Source of the DNA: Seison nebaliae
Lineage: Eukaryota
Direction: 5' to 3'
Length of the DNA stretch: 64,000 bases
Assembly (NCBI GenBank): GCA_023231475.1
Contig: JALJEE010001737.1
Span: 1 to 64,000, forward strand
Below the pieces are notes generated by a model. The model was not told the DNA's origin, did not search any database, and saw only the letters and a program-made list of their open reading frames with translations. Of this stretch, positions 1 through 14,143 are shown in pieces (the stretch's first letter is position 1; each line of letters starts with the position of its first letter). The translations under genes and the position numbers were made by a program.

Positions 1-99
1 CATATATGACTTCTTATTATAATATATGTCACATACAAAAAAATTTTTTATTTTTTTATACGTGTCTTCCCAGCTTTTCCCGGTTTCTTTTCTCATTTC

Positions 100-1402
100 C
101 TGTTATATCATATATATTAATACAGGAAATTGTACTTGGGTGCAGGATGGGATAATAGTTTCGATAGTGAAGAGCGTGGAATGGAACATCGAGGAGTCGT
201 TTGGACGGAGATCGACATTAAAGAAGGGAATATCTCGTATCGTAACTATATCCGTGGACATTTGGGTGAAAGACGAGAATATTCGACATCATATTAGATA
301 ACCAATATTTAAGGACTTCAGGAAGTTTGCATAATGAACGGAAAGTTTGAGGCCCATTATCATTGGAGGAAGGGGAACGGTTGGCCATACTCACGTAATT
401 ACGATTAGCCTCTGAGTTCTGTAGAACGAAATCTAGTGAGGGTGGAATATGATCGGAGAGAGAAGAAGGAATAGAGTCATGTAATAGAGAACATCCCAGC
501 ACGTACCTTTTCAATGAAGAAGACACGATGTTGTGATCGATCCATGAGCGATGTCATGAAGAGATAAATGAAAAGGTGTTATGAGGAAGGAAAGCACGAT
601 ATCCGATAATTTGAAAGAGAAAGCAATACTTCCGATTTCTCGAAAACATGAAAAGTTTAAAGAATTACGTATAAAGCCTCATAATCCACCAGAAGGCCTA
701 CCGTAACCCGACGAGTTGCAAGACACAGAAGCCGTAATCTTGCGATGAGAGTTGCTTCTTAGCCATTGAGGAGGAGGATCAACCAACCAGGTCCATTAAC
801 ATAGGATTACGTCGAATTTAAGAAGGTCGTCCAACGAACAGAGGAGGTTAGAAGGACCATGGCAATTGAACGAGACGATTGATATACGAGTTCCATCCAA
901 TGATATAGGAGAAATAGTGGTGGAAGATTGAGTCCTCAGGGAGGTAGAAGAAGAAGAGAAATTAATATTATCAGTTAAAGATATTAGTCTATTTTCATTC
1001 CCGGAGAAGTCCCTTTTTAACCAGGCTTTGCCCTTCGACTTAAAAAAGAATTTTTTAATCATAACCCCGGAAGGCCTTAGTTCGGGAATAAAGGTTTCTG
1101 TCAATTGTTGTTGCTGGACGGTGGAAAATTGATTGCTCGAAAGAAACCGTTTTTAAAACCACTGGATTAATGATTCCCTTATTGTGAAGAAATTGAACCA
1201 TTGTGTCGATGAAAATGTTCTTTGCAAAGCCACGGACAATAACTGACCGTTTCTTCGGGACCATTGCCATTCCATCAATGTGTTCTGATGAATTCCCAAT
1301 AATTGGAGGAAGACCAGCTGGTTTGGTATTTCGGATGGGACGAGAAGTTGTAGAGAGAGAAGTTATTGGACCCTGAGATAATATTTTTTTAACTTCCCTC
1401 AA
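100..1402 (-). mobile_element. Degenerate non-LTR retrotransposon (LINE) fragment: ORF1 remnant plus APE-type endonuclease, with stops and frameshifts; no RT in the window
   Basis: Minus-strand translation gives ISIVSFNCHG...DVILC*WTWL...GRPSGGL, then SWIDHNIVSSSL...SLSDHIP, which are endonuclease N-terminal, IDH and SDH motifs. Upstream KRSVIVRGF resembles LINE ORF1. Confidence 0.75.
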
Positions 1403-1939
1403 CTATTCTTGAAAAATATTTTTCAAAAATATATTCAAATAATTTACGTCTCTTATCTATATTAACTTCGATTATTAATTTATTAATTATAATTGAACAA
1501 TTAATTTTATAATTATCCTAAGGTCATTTAATGTGGCTAATCTAATAATGTAAAGGAATTGCACCATGTGATCAATGTGTGATTAGTTATTTGGCAACAA
1601 TAAGTCCCAGAGACAGTCTCTCCTGTTTCTTGTAAATGTAATGATTAAGTTACATTTACAGTGTCTCACTTGTTGATCTTGGTTAATTAATTAATTATAG
1701 TTTCTCATTAGTAGTAGATAGATTAGGTAATCTTTGTTATTAATTAAACTAATAATAACAACTTTTATTATTAATAATTATAAGAAAAATTTTAAAATTA
1801 AGATTTAATACTTAAAGTTAAATTATTTCCCCATCTAGACTATTTTCAGTGGTTCGTGAAGATATTTGTCGTTTGGCCAACAGATCCATGTAGCCGCCAG
1901 TGGAGTTGCATTCTGGTCGGTGGCTATTCACCGTTTGCT

Positions 1940-2210
1940 CGGAACCGAGGATTTTTTTCACAGAATGAGTTGATGGACTTTACGAAATCGATTTCTTTGC
2001 AATCATCCAAACTACGTCTAAGCATGGGATGGAGCCATGTCGCCATCGTGTATGGTTAAATCTTTCTTTTATTCGGCTGATTAAAAACCGCCCATAACAA
2101 TTCGTTGCTACGCGTTCAAGCTCAAAAAGAGTTTTTTGAAGAAGAGGTATTACCAGATGGATAGACGGCGATTTCTAGACATCAAAGCCGGTTTGGAATC
2201 TGTAGATCGG
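1940..2210 (-). mobile_element. Decayed hAT-family transposase fragment
   Basis: Minus frame reads SPSIHLVIPLLQK...(stop)...MATWLHPMLR, resembling the hAT PT-x-x-x-V-x-P and A-T-x-L-D/H-P blocks. In-frame stops are present. Confidence 0.5.
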
Positions 2211-2366
2211 TTTTAATAAAGTGGTTAGTGACGAAATTTTATCAAAATCTAATAAAATTTATGAATGTTATATCCCTAGTCAAAACAGTGGACAAAAAAA
2301 TCTAAAAATATTACAAAATATGTCCAAAAAATTTATTTTCACGAAGATTACGTTCTATAATTCATT

Positions 2367-2625
2367 GTGAAATATATAAAGCGACAGTATGATACTTTAT
2401 ATCGTGCTCGTTTTCTTAAATCTCTCATTCATCGGCCAATTTACCAGCATGTTATGTGCTTGGTGAAAGCTTTGAGAATTTTCAGCAGTTTCCAAACTAG
2501 TATTTTTTCATTCGATATTGTAAAAAATTTTGCTAAATTTTATCGATATAATTCAACAATCAATGTTCATTTGTTGATCCATTTACCTGATTCCGTGAGG
2601 AGATTTGGAAATATATTGCGTTCAG
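2367..2625 (+). mobile_element. Decayed CACTA/EnSpm-like transposase fragment
   Basis: TINVHLLIHLPDSVRRFG matches the NxHxLxHLxxxVxxFG motif of animal CACTA-type transposases. Confidence 0.55.
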
Positions 2626-2659
2626 AAATTTTAAAGACAATCATAATACATGGTAAACT

Positions 2660-3040
2660 TGAAAAACGACTAGGAAAAGATAGAATCAGTTTTTGTATTA
2701 ATTCATTCGGTAATTTTAACCAATTTCTTTGAATAGCGGCCTTTAAATCCTCAACGGTCGAAAATTGGATGTTTTCGTCGTAAACTTGGCGACTCAACCA
2801 CGGCCGGCCACTTTATAATTTAACTCTTCCATATATTGTTTGGTGATTTTTGCAACATGTGGACGCGCATTATCTTGCTGAAAAATCAAATCTTTTTGTT
2901 CCATAAGAGAATGGGCGTCACATTGCTTGCTAAGCAATCGATATATTTTTCGGCGTCAATCGACCCTTCAAGAAAAATGATATCGGAACGACCATCGAAC
3001 AACACTGCAGCCCACACCATAACCCCCTTCCGGGATCCAT
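2660..3040 (-). mobile_element. Decayed Tc1/mariner (Tc3-like) transposase, DDE region, internally deleted and frameshifted
   Basis: GVMVWAAVLFDGRSDIIFLEGSIDAEKYIDCL; after a frameshift FQQDNARPH; then WLSRQVYDENIQFSTVEDLKAAIQRNW...LILSFPSR. Confidence 0.8.
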
Positions 3041-6000
3041 ATACGGATTTGCCGAACAAACAACATATTCGAGGAATATATCGAGAACATCATCGAAGCT
3101 TTTCACTAATAAAATTGTCCCAAATAGATATCTGGTCAGGTCATAAAAACATTAACAATTCGGTTGACTTTATGATTATTCCCGGTGGAACAATTTCTTT
3201 CGTCAATACAAATTTCTCTTTAAGAAAATTGACTATTCATTCAATTCGGATGCCACTTTCAAATTTAATTCACCTAAATTTAAGAATATGATTATTTATT
3301 CATTTATTAAATCTGATTATGTTGATGAGTAAATTGATTTCGAGATTGCATTTGAAGTATTATGAGATGAATTATTCAACAAATTTTGAATTGAATGAAG
3401 TCGCTAGGTTCAAGGAGGTCCAAAGTAGTTCGAGAATGTTTCAGGAAATTTAACACAGTATCTATACTACTACTTAATTATGAAAGCATGCGTTTTAAAT
3501 AAACTTAAAATGAGTAATTTATTTTCAAAATTCCTGTATTTTTTCGCTTTAACCCATTTCATATTTATAGCTTAAGGCGTAATAATGAAAACCGCGAAAG
3601 GTGTCTCGTGCGCCCAGTTTGAAGATCTTCCCAATGGTCGACAACCCAATTATTTTTAATTTCTAAGATTATTCAACCGGGGTGTGACTTGTTCTTGTTA
3701 GTATAAATTGAGCACGTTTTATATTCTTAACAAAAAAAAGATGGACTATTTCCAACTTTAAGATATTGTGGTTCGTCTAAGAATGGCATTTTATGTTGTT
3801 CAGAATTATTCACTACGTGTATGTAGTTTTTTAAATTTCAAAAATCCAAAATTTTATGTGCTATCCATTAGTGAACTTACCTTGATGATGCTCCCAAAAC
3901 TAAACCCTTAAAAATCTTTAATATCTATTATTTTAATAAATCAAAATATTTTTTAAATTGTTGTAGGTCATTTTAAACTTTATATTACTTTTAATTCACT
4001 TGATGACTTGGTCCGTTTTCTTTATGGTTTATCTTTAACTGGTTAATTACTGACTGGGAGAAGATATTAACGGTTTATATTTAGTTCTAAACGATAAAAA
4101 AGGATCAGGTGCATAAAAGTAACACACATATTATGAAACATATTAGAGGCGATTATCATGATAATTTTATCTGTCTGAAGATTTATAAAAGAACTTCATC
4201 AATTTTGATCTCTTGTCTAGAAACTTTTTGTTCTTCCTCGCTCTAAATCAATTAACTTGGTATAATCAATTACCAAATTGAGTCCGTAACTTTGGACAAG
4301 CGAATTGTTCTTTACAGTTACTTTGTTAATAAATTGTACAAGATAATTATCGTTGATAAATATAATTTTAGTTTAACATCTTTTGTTCTTGATGAATAAA
4401 AGCTTATTTAATTAATATGAAATTCTAATGAATTAATTTCAATACGTCACCGGTAAAGATCGTCTATTTCTTGCAAGCATACAAATTTCTTCTTTACAGA
4501 ATGTTTCTGTCTTCATTATAATGTATAAGAAAGGAAATGAGACAATAATTTCTTATTAAAATAATTTTAGGAAAATTATTAAAATTAGTTAGCTTTATTT
4601 ATCTGTGTTCTGTTCTTTATTCAAATAGAATGAAAACTAAAAAATTAGTGAGGACAAAAATTCTTATTCAAATTTTACGTAAATCTATTAATTAGACACA
4701 GTAAGTGGGAGGAGTGAACGACTTTCCGACAAAATAGTCTAAATCTCGAAATATGACGATCCATTAGCCGAAATTAATTTGATTTTCTGTGTAATCGACG
4801 GTAGAAACAGTAACTGCAATTTTCATTAAAGCTTTATTAAAGGTTTTCATTAAAGTATAAAATCATCAGAGATTTACAGATTTCTAATTTAACTATAAAT
4901 TATAAATCAAAGATGAATAACATTACTACGAGTGCTTTGTCGCCTAATATCAATGAGGAAAATATCTGTCGAATATTTTAGAACATATTTTAAAACAAAC
5001 AATTTTGGTAATTACATTAAGGTAAATGAATGTTTGCAAATTATATATATATTATATATATTAAGAATTTACGAAATGTTAAATTCATCGTCTCAGGTAA
5101 ACACCTTTCGAATATTAATTTGATTCATGTTCTTCTTGGTTAAAAAGGGAATACGTGCAAATTTTTAATTTTATGTTCATAGTGATTATTCGGGTTCAAT
5201 AGAGTTTCCAATGCATTGCATTTCTATTGTAATACGTCGTTGACTATGATCACTTTGACAATAGATGATTTTCTCACATATTTCCTTGTGATATTACACA
5301 TTTCTAGTGCCAAAATTGAAACCGATCTTATTCAATAAAACTGTTAATGAAATTTTTTTAAAGATACCAAAACCAAAAATGAGAATTCGTGATGTTAAAA
5401 GAAAAATGTCACATCGTTCAGAAAATTTGACACATCCACATGTTATGATTGAGTAATGCACATTCTGGACGAAATCTTATGCTCTGGGCAGTTGTACGAA
5501 CAATTTCATTTCTTATTTAAATACTGAAGGTTATATTATTAGAATTATAAGAGATATTAGAAGAATATTATTATCCAGTAAATTTTAAAATAAGCTATCT
5601 TGCAATAAGTTTAAAATAATGATACCTATATCTCGTAATCGAATGGAAACGAATGTTATATTTCTTATTTTTAATCTAGTTTACTTCTTTGTCTACTGAT
5701 AAAGAGAGTTTGAATTAGATTTCTCTCATTATCTTATAAGATTAATTCCTTGTTTCATTTTGCTTCCTTCTGTTCTACAAGCATGATTTAAAATGAATAA
5801 AAACGATTAGTTCTAATTTTAAGTTAGAAGGTCATTACTCTTAAAAAAATTATGTACATTTTGTTCAGTGGGGAAGCTGGTTACATCATCCTGTATATAA
5901 AGTTTTTGAAGTTGATGATGTCAGTAGACAAAAACTGATTCTTTTTAATGGATAGTAAGTGGCTTACGAATATTTATAGTAATTTTGTTATCATCAATTT

Positions 6001-9000
6001 ACTTGCCTTAATTGGAATATAAGAGAAAGTCGTCCAATAGACGACAAATCTCCCTCATCGACGATGCATAAATTTGTTGTAAGAAATAAGACAATTTAAA
6101 GGAAAATTAACATTTCCTCCAATAATGTATGTTTGATGACATCAATCAATCATCAACTTGTTCAGCGCACATATTTTTTCTTGTATGAACTTAAATTTCT
6201 ATTATGTATAATTTAAAAGTCATCAAAACTAATGAACGAGAATGTGGTGACTACATACCGTTAGTTTAGCTTGCTCGAACGACTGTGCAGCAATATAAGT
6301 GTTTTCAATGAAACAATGTTAGAGATATACTGTATAATGAATATCAAATGGACTTTCGTTCATAAGTCTTTCCCCTAACGAATTTACATTTCCAATACAA
6401 GGAGACACATATCTATTAGAGAGGTATTTCGTGTGCGAGATTGGCAGTTCGAATCTGGAAGTATGACGATTGACTGAAGAAGAACGAAGTTAGGTAAGAA
6501 AAACATTTGAAATCTATGAATTTTTTGTGAAGTTGAAAAAATAAAAGTGTCCGATTCGATTGAAAATAATGGAACGATTTGAAAAAGTGTCGCTCCTGCA
6601 TATATAGCGGTGGTACGTCTCATATGGAACATGGCTATTTCCTATGAATCGAATAGAAGTTTGCAATTTGTTTTCATCGTTATTACGCTTATTTAAGTTT
6701 GAATGCGATAAAAAAAGTTTTTTTTTAATGTGATTAACATATACTCTTTTTTCTTCACAAATAATCGATTTCTGACAAAGAAGGCGATAAAATAGTCATT
6801 GCGTTACTTTCACCATTCCAATACCATAAGAATAGTTCATTCCAACGTATCAATTTCTAGTTTGTTCGATTGTTAATTGCCGTATTGTGCATATTAGCTA
6901 TAAGCACATGCATTTCTCCCAATGTGCATCTGACAGTTTGAGAATTGATAAATTCAAATTTCTCCTCCGATCACTACACCTTGAGTGGTGAGAGGATCGG
7001 ATTATTTGACATCTTATTTCATTTCTCAAATTGGAGATTGGCCTTCATGTATACAGTCTCATATTCTTCATACAATAAAATATTACGAATTTATGGTATC
7101 TGTTCAGGCTAATATATGTTGTTATGTTTTGGTTGAAAGTTTCCTCCTTGCCATCTGTATTCTCCATGGTTAATTGTATAATTAAGATAATATGAAATAT
7201 AAGACAAAAATGAATCAAACGTCCTTCCTTTTACGTTTCTATTAGAGTAATAATATAATAAGTAGAAATATTCATTCTTTCGTATTATTAACAATTAATA
7301 TATCAATATTTTCCATATCAATAATTTCTTAATTTATACGTTTATCGTTTTCCATTTTCTCCTGAAATCATTGTCACCAGTTCGCATGCATTCTTGCGTC
7401 AAGAATTTTCACTTCTTAAATCATTTCTAATGTGATCTCCATTCTACGAATTTGATGTTTCAGCTAAATTAAATTCGGCGGAGAAACACACAATTTTTCT
7501 CCAAAAGAATTATTTTCTCACCGTTTTTTAAGAATTCTTCAACTATATTTGTTGCACGAAATAAGCGACTCCCTTTAAAGAAATCGGAAGATTATGGTGC
7601 TAATACTGTCGATAAATATTTCGTTAGCAATTTATATTTAATATGCGTCTAATTGGTTTGAGATCAAGGAGTTTGCAAATGCATGAAAGGAAAGCAGTCG
7701 AAATGTCATGAAAAATGAAATGGTTCACATAGTTTTATATTTCCAATTTTTATGAAGATACAAAAATCGCCATTAACCGATTTATTCGGAAATATTATAA
7801 TTTTCCTTCTTCCAATCATCTCCCTATTCAATTAATATCTGAAGATTTATTACTAACTTATCGTCATTTCTCTTCAGGTAAAAATGTATGTTGAGGATTC
7901 TTCATGTTACGCGAAATTAGCTTAATAAAATGATCGAATCTTATGAGGAATTATCAAGTGCCTTCCAAACTTATCATCGTTCATTCACCATTTCTGGTAT
8001 TGTGCATTTATTATTTCGAATGTAATATACATTTCCAGTATCCTATTGTCAATGGAGATCGTTCTTCTCCTCAAACAACTTTTTCTCTCTTCAATCAAAT
8101 GTAATTTTTTCTCTAATTTCTCTTCGTTGTTAATGTTCAGTTGGAAGGGACATTTCTCTCATTGTAATAACAATTTCTCATAAAATTACTTTATTAATTG
8201 GTTGGTGGATACATAAATATCTCCCGTCCTCAAGTTTATATTTAATCATTCACCAAAAAATATGTAACAAACTTTCTAGAATGAAGAAATTGTCTGAGAG
8301 ATGACTTAACCAAATAATGTCCCAATAATCTACTTATAGACACCTGAAATAATACATTTCTTCACCGATTACCAATCGAATTAAACTTGTTCAGAAATTA
8401 TAAAGAATAATTATCGTCAAATTATTGAATAATTTTGAGTTCATATTTCCAAATTGAACTAAAATTATTTATCTTTAGTCCTTCTTCCCATCTAACACCA
8501 GTTATAATGCGAAGGTCATGATAATTGTTCTATTATTATGCAGTTCGATCGGAAGACCCACATGGTTACTTAAGCTTTACTAATTGAATAGCCACGAATA
8601 CCTCAATGGGATCCGAGGACAATCACATTTCTAATAATTGGAATTATTAAATTTTTTAGCATTTTACTTATTCGAACTTAAAATTTTAAAGTTTATAGAC
8701 AATCTCCAGGTATCTCCAAGATATTACAGAGCAGTTTTAGGAAAAAATTCCTGATTAAACTACTGGCGAAGTTGTGATTTTTATGAAAATATCAACAATC
8801 TAATGGAATTTCCATTAAAATGCATCATTTCTCTTATGTACATATTTCGTCTGTTTATCAGGCATTTTCCCGCCGATTACTCAATTCTTATTTTCAAAAT
8901 TTAAATTATAGACAGCGATTATTCGTGTCCTGCACACTTTCTAAGAATTGCTGTTTTTTTTTAAATCGACGAGATGAATATCAATTTTTATAAATTTATT

Positions 9001-11633
9001 CATTTTCCAATTTTTCAAGTGATACTCGATTGAATCACTTGAAAATCCTTCAAAGACCTATTTCCTGTCTGTATAATATTCATATGGAAGTTGCTCATTA
9101 ATTTTTTTTATATAATTTTTTAAATATTTATAATTATAATTTTTTTATTTAGAAATGACAATAAGTGTGATTATGTTATTGGACAATTCTCTAATGACTC
9201 CTTAGGTACTTGTCGGTCGGATATTCTTTGGGAATCTCTGTTTCTTCCTTCTTTCATTTGCGTAATCATGTAAAGATAATTATGTTACGTAATTGAATAG
9301 TTTCGATTAATATGTACATGATATTTTATGTTTTTTCTTATTCCATATGTTCAGTTACATTCATAATATTTTCGAAGATGTTTATAAACAGATCAAATCG
9401 GGAAATTATAGTAGAATCAGTGTTCTTCTGCTTTCGTAATGAGCAATCGTAAATTTGTTGATTGAAAGATTGTCTGGAAAATTGTGATTCATTATTCCCA
9501 CTATGGAATTTTCAAAAGGAGAAGATGATTAAGAAGAAGAATGTTTCAGACAGATGACATTATAATATGCATGTCAACTACTAATGTTTCACTTTGCTAA
9601 TGTCTGAAGCAGCGATGTCTAAATATTTCACTAATCTACCTTCATTTTGGAATAACTGGATTGAAAGTTATAATTGAATGAATGAGAATAATAACCTTTG
9701 ATTTAAGAATATAATAATATTCCATTAAAATTAATCCAAAAATTAGAATCGGAAGAAATATTTTATACGAAAGAAATTGAACAATTCGTTATTGAACAAT
9801 ATATACCATCATCATAATCAATAAACAGATTACAGGAGGAGATGTCGTTTATGTCGAAGGTCAGTTCTTCGATTGTTCACTTTATAGCAATATTATCATC
9901 ATTAGAAGACTGAGGGAGGATGATGTATGTCAATATTATTTTATGAAAATTTTCGTTTATTTTTAAAATCGAATACGATTACGTAGAATGCGTATGATGA
10001 GAATTGTACCAATAAACATTAATTTCTGTTACCACAACAAAATTGGAACAGTTGAAAATTCGTTTATTTATTTTGTATATTTTATTTCGTCGTTATATCA
10101 ATGCATACAACCGCTAATTGATAATAAAAGATGATAAACGGAACTGACTATCATCAGATTATTGACAATAAAAGAAGAAAAATTCAACTAACCATCAGAT
10201 TATTTAATATGAATAATAGTTCTCATTTTTTACGATAAGAATAATTGAGAAATTATTATTTATGGCTTTTTGCCCTATGGAAAGAAATGGTTAATCGATC
10301 AAATAACCTCGTTACATATATTCCGTGCTTCTTTAACATTTCCTATAAAATTTTCTTCCAGTATTACGTTTGACGGATTATTAGTAGCATTCATGCATGG
10401 AATGGTTGTTGATAAATATATTAAAGAAGATTGCATCATTAATGAAAATTATTCTTCCCTCTGTCAAGAAAATCAATTTCGGCCATAAAGGTAAATTCAG
10501 TTAGTTACTAAGAAGAAGTGCCTTTCTCCCAATTTCTCTGCCAAACGATTCATTGAAAGAATTATGAATCGAACCTTAACCGTTAAACGAATTATTGTGT
10601 TACGTATGCGAATCTCATAGGAATCATCTTGCCTATCTCTAATTGTTCGGATACTTCTCATCCAAGTAGTGGAAGACATGTTACCGACATCCAACCTACA
10701 CTTCCGATGACTTCTCATTGAAATGAACATGTACATATAACCATCATTCATCTTTGCTTATGTGAGAAAGGAGAAATATGATGAGGATCTTTCAATACGT
10801 ACACTCGAACATTTTCTTTCAAAACAAAGCCGTATATGGGTCAATCACCCATTCTTCTTGTCTGTCAGTGATGGTGAAATTGGATGAAATATACAGTTCG
10901 ACCTATCCCAAAAAAGATACATATGACCAACATGCTTCCTAATGTTTATGGTTGACATTGAAGAAGATAAAGATTGACGTTTTGTAACAATTGGTGTGTA
11001 AATTATATTTTTCTGCAAATTATAACATTCGAATATGTTGAAAGAGAGATTTATTTAGAATTCCTCTTATATATCTCTTTGGTTGATTGTGCTAATTGTG
11101 GAAATTTAAATATACTTCTCGTTTTCTGGAACATATTTTGATTTATTAGACATTTCGGTACTGGATATTGTTATGCATATAAATCTTTTCGTGTCTTATT
11201 TGGAGGAGAGATGACCATTAGATATATTTATTTTTCTTTGATTTATTATTAAATTTTGGGATGCAACCTTAATTTATCATTCTACATGCATTAATTATGG
11301 GTTACATCTTCGTTATATTCATCAATTATATTACTGTTGTATTATAAACTTTTGTTTCAATTTGAAGTGTTCATTGTTCTCCGATATTAACAGATTCTTT
11401 TTTTCAAATTTCCCATATTGGGATTTTCGCTTAATAAAAAACCATCTGAAATCTCGTCATTCAACGATAGAACAATGCGAGAGTGCACTCGACAGCTCAT
11501 GTACATTTCGTCAAACAATTAGACTGCTATAATTTATTCAACACATCTCGCTTCTCGAACAGATAGGCAAAAGTGGAACTGATCAACAACTTTGTCCCTT
11601 CGAATTGTTGGAAGGAATTGAAGAACATCAAGA

Positions 11634-13961
11634 ATGTCGGCAACCGATCTCACAGAACATATGTCAATACCGATCGTCATCATCGCGTTTCTCGGTTGCA
11701 TTACCAATACTATATCGATAATCGTACTCACTCGTCCCTCATTAAAATTATCGACGTTAGATTTTCTTCTTTCAACTTCTCTCATCTTCATTTCCATATT
11801 AGATATGTTTATTTGACTTTCATGAGCGTGACGGATTTATGTGCTTCGTTTGCTTCTTTCCTCACTTATTCGTCGAAAGCACTCGTTTTATTGAAGAGAT
11901 CAATGGGAGAATCGGATGAACTCAACTACAATACACTCCTTCTTCTCAATGATACGACTAATCATTCATCGGAAGCAGTGCAGTATGAGAGTGTGATAAG
12001 TGATAAACTTATTAGTGTTTTTCGGAATATTTCTTGTTATTCTACTCCATTCGCTTTAACACTTCAATGTGTGTCTGTTTGGATAACATTGGCATTCACA
12101 ACAGATCGCTATATAAAAATTAGTCGGCCTTATTTGAGCAGACACTTTTGCACTCGACAACGTGCTGCACTCATTCTCAGTGTCATCTACATCATCGCCT
12201 TGTGCTATCTAATTCCTCAATTGTTCGAGTATCATATTGAGAAGATTGCTATAAAAATTAACGATAAAGAGATTGTGGAAGAGTTCGTTAGTCGAACTGA
12301 ATTCGGAAACAATAAACATTTCCAAATGTTCATGATGGCCTTCTATACGTTGTGTGTGGCCTTCATTCCATTCATTACCATTTCCATCATGAATGTCTGT
12401 CTAATGAAGATTACGTTAAAGAAACGGCAATCCATCGAATTGACCCAAATCAACTCAACACATTTTCAACAAATAATTAATCAGAATAAAGGTGACTCCA
12501 TCAAAATGAGTTGTCCAAAAATCATTTGGAAATTACCGAAAGATGTCGATTCTGAGAATTATCAATTACTTAATACAAATGAGATAGATCAAAAGAAATG
12601 GAATTCTTTATCTCGCAAAGTCTCCAACGGATTGATTCGTGTACAATCAAGTATCAATTTATTGAGAGGTGTTCTCATAAGTAAACGATTGAATCGGGCA
12701 CGAATCCGAACAAACGATCTGAATATCATGCTCATTAGTGTTATTTTTGCATTTCTCGTATTTACTTGGCCGTCAGCCTTCTCCCAAACATTTTTTACAA
12801 TATTCGATCCAAAAAAATATTTTAATCATCAAACTATTCTGTTCATGACTGATTCGGCCAACCTCTTCATGGTGATTAATTCCTTCATCAATTTCTTTCT
12901 TTATATTGCTTTTGGAAAAAGGTTTCGGAAGGAATTCTATCTGCATTTCTGTTCTTGCTGGTTAAAACGTTATTATCGCACCAAATATTCGTTTGTTTTC
13001 GATAATAATAACGACTTGAATCGACAACCGAATAATTACAGTAGATTCTTCAACAACAATAACAACAACAACAATAAAAGAAATCGTTTATTAAATGAAG
13101 ATGATATTAATGGATTATCTTCAATTAGTCGAATATTCTCTTTCTTCAAGAAGAGAGAAACGATGTCAACAACAACGAAAATGTCATCGATGCATTTGGA
13201 GACGGAAATGGAACATGAGACAACTAATTCCACACCAATATCTTCTTTATTATCTAATCGCAATTCGAAAAATAAGAATGAGAGGAGACACTCCATTTTT
13301 TCTTTATTCGTAGGAAGACTGTCATTCGATCGTACAAAGTTTCGAAATTTTTAACGAAAACATCATCTCATATTCGATTTCTTTCAGCATAGATCATAAC
13401 AATTATCGAAATAGTCGACGTCATTCCCAACACCATCAATCGACAAGTGCGCGGGAAATGTACAATATTTTGAGAAGGAAATCTCAATATTTCTCTTACT
13501 CCGATATCCTGAAATATTATGAGTTAAAAGAAAGACAATCGGATGATCATATTCGTCATAAAAAACGTCAATCGGAAGGCAATCTGCCTAAACCAGAATT
13601 TACCGGAAATCTTCATCTAACTGATATTCCCTCATTCATTAACAGTGAAACTGAAGAAAATATTCCATATGAGGATGAATTGTCCCGTAGAACCGAAATG
13701 GAAACGCTCAAGCCAACATTGAATGGGAATGAGAATATCGTGATAAATTATCAAAACGTTCCAATTAATTCAAAAAAATTGATCACCGACCACACAGAGC
13801 AGAATAACAATTTCGTCAATTTTGAAGAAGAGACTAACAACGTCCCGAAAAAATGCAGAAGAAAATTCTCAGATATTTTTATTATCAAAATCGTCGAATA
13901 TCTTTTACCCCGATGGTTATTACGTCCATCTCTATCGAATGATTGTAGTTTACAGACTTGA
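11634..13961 (+). CDS. Rhodopsin-class neuropeptide GPCR (FMRFamide/sex-peptide-receptor-like), 3 exons; introns 11756-11802 and 13339-13387
   Basis: TM1 (IPIVIIAFLGCITN) splices in frame to TYVYLTFMSVTD. TDRY motif; TM7 NSFINFFLYIAFGKRFRKEF. The second intron joins ORF 13458-13961 in frame as a long C-tail. Confidence 0.85.
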
Positions 13962-14143
13962 GAGATATGTTACTGTTTTTTTTTATTAACAACAAAAATA
14001 AATAGAGTTTATTGAAAATAATTAAGTTAATTTAGTGAATGTTCGGGAGAGAATGTTTTTCGTAAAGCAATCCAATCTTATCAGATGTATTAATAATTTT
14101 CTTGTTTCCATTGTCACAAATCATCATTGACATTAAATTAAAA

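Noticed and set aside
9012..9045. 12-bp inverted repeat (ttttcaagtgat...atcacttgaaaa)
   Set aside because: Isolated short AT-rich hairpin with no supporting context.
11573..11816. Apparent frameshift between TM1 and the rest of the GPCR
   Set aside because: Fully explained by a 47-nt GTT..AG intron (11756-11802).
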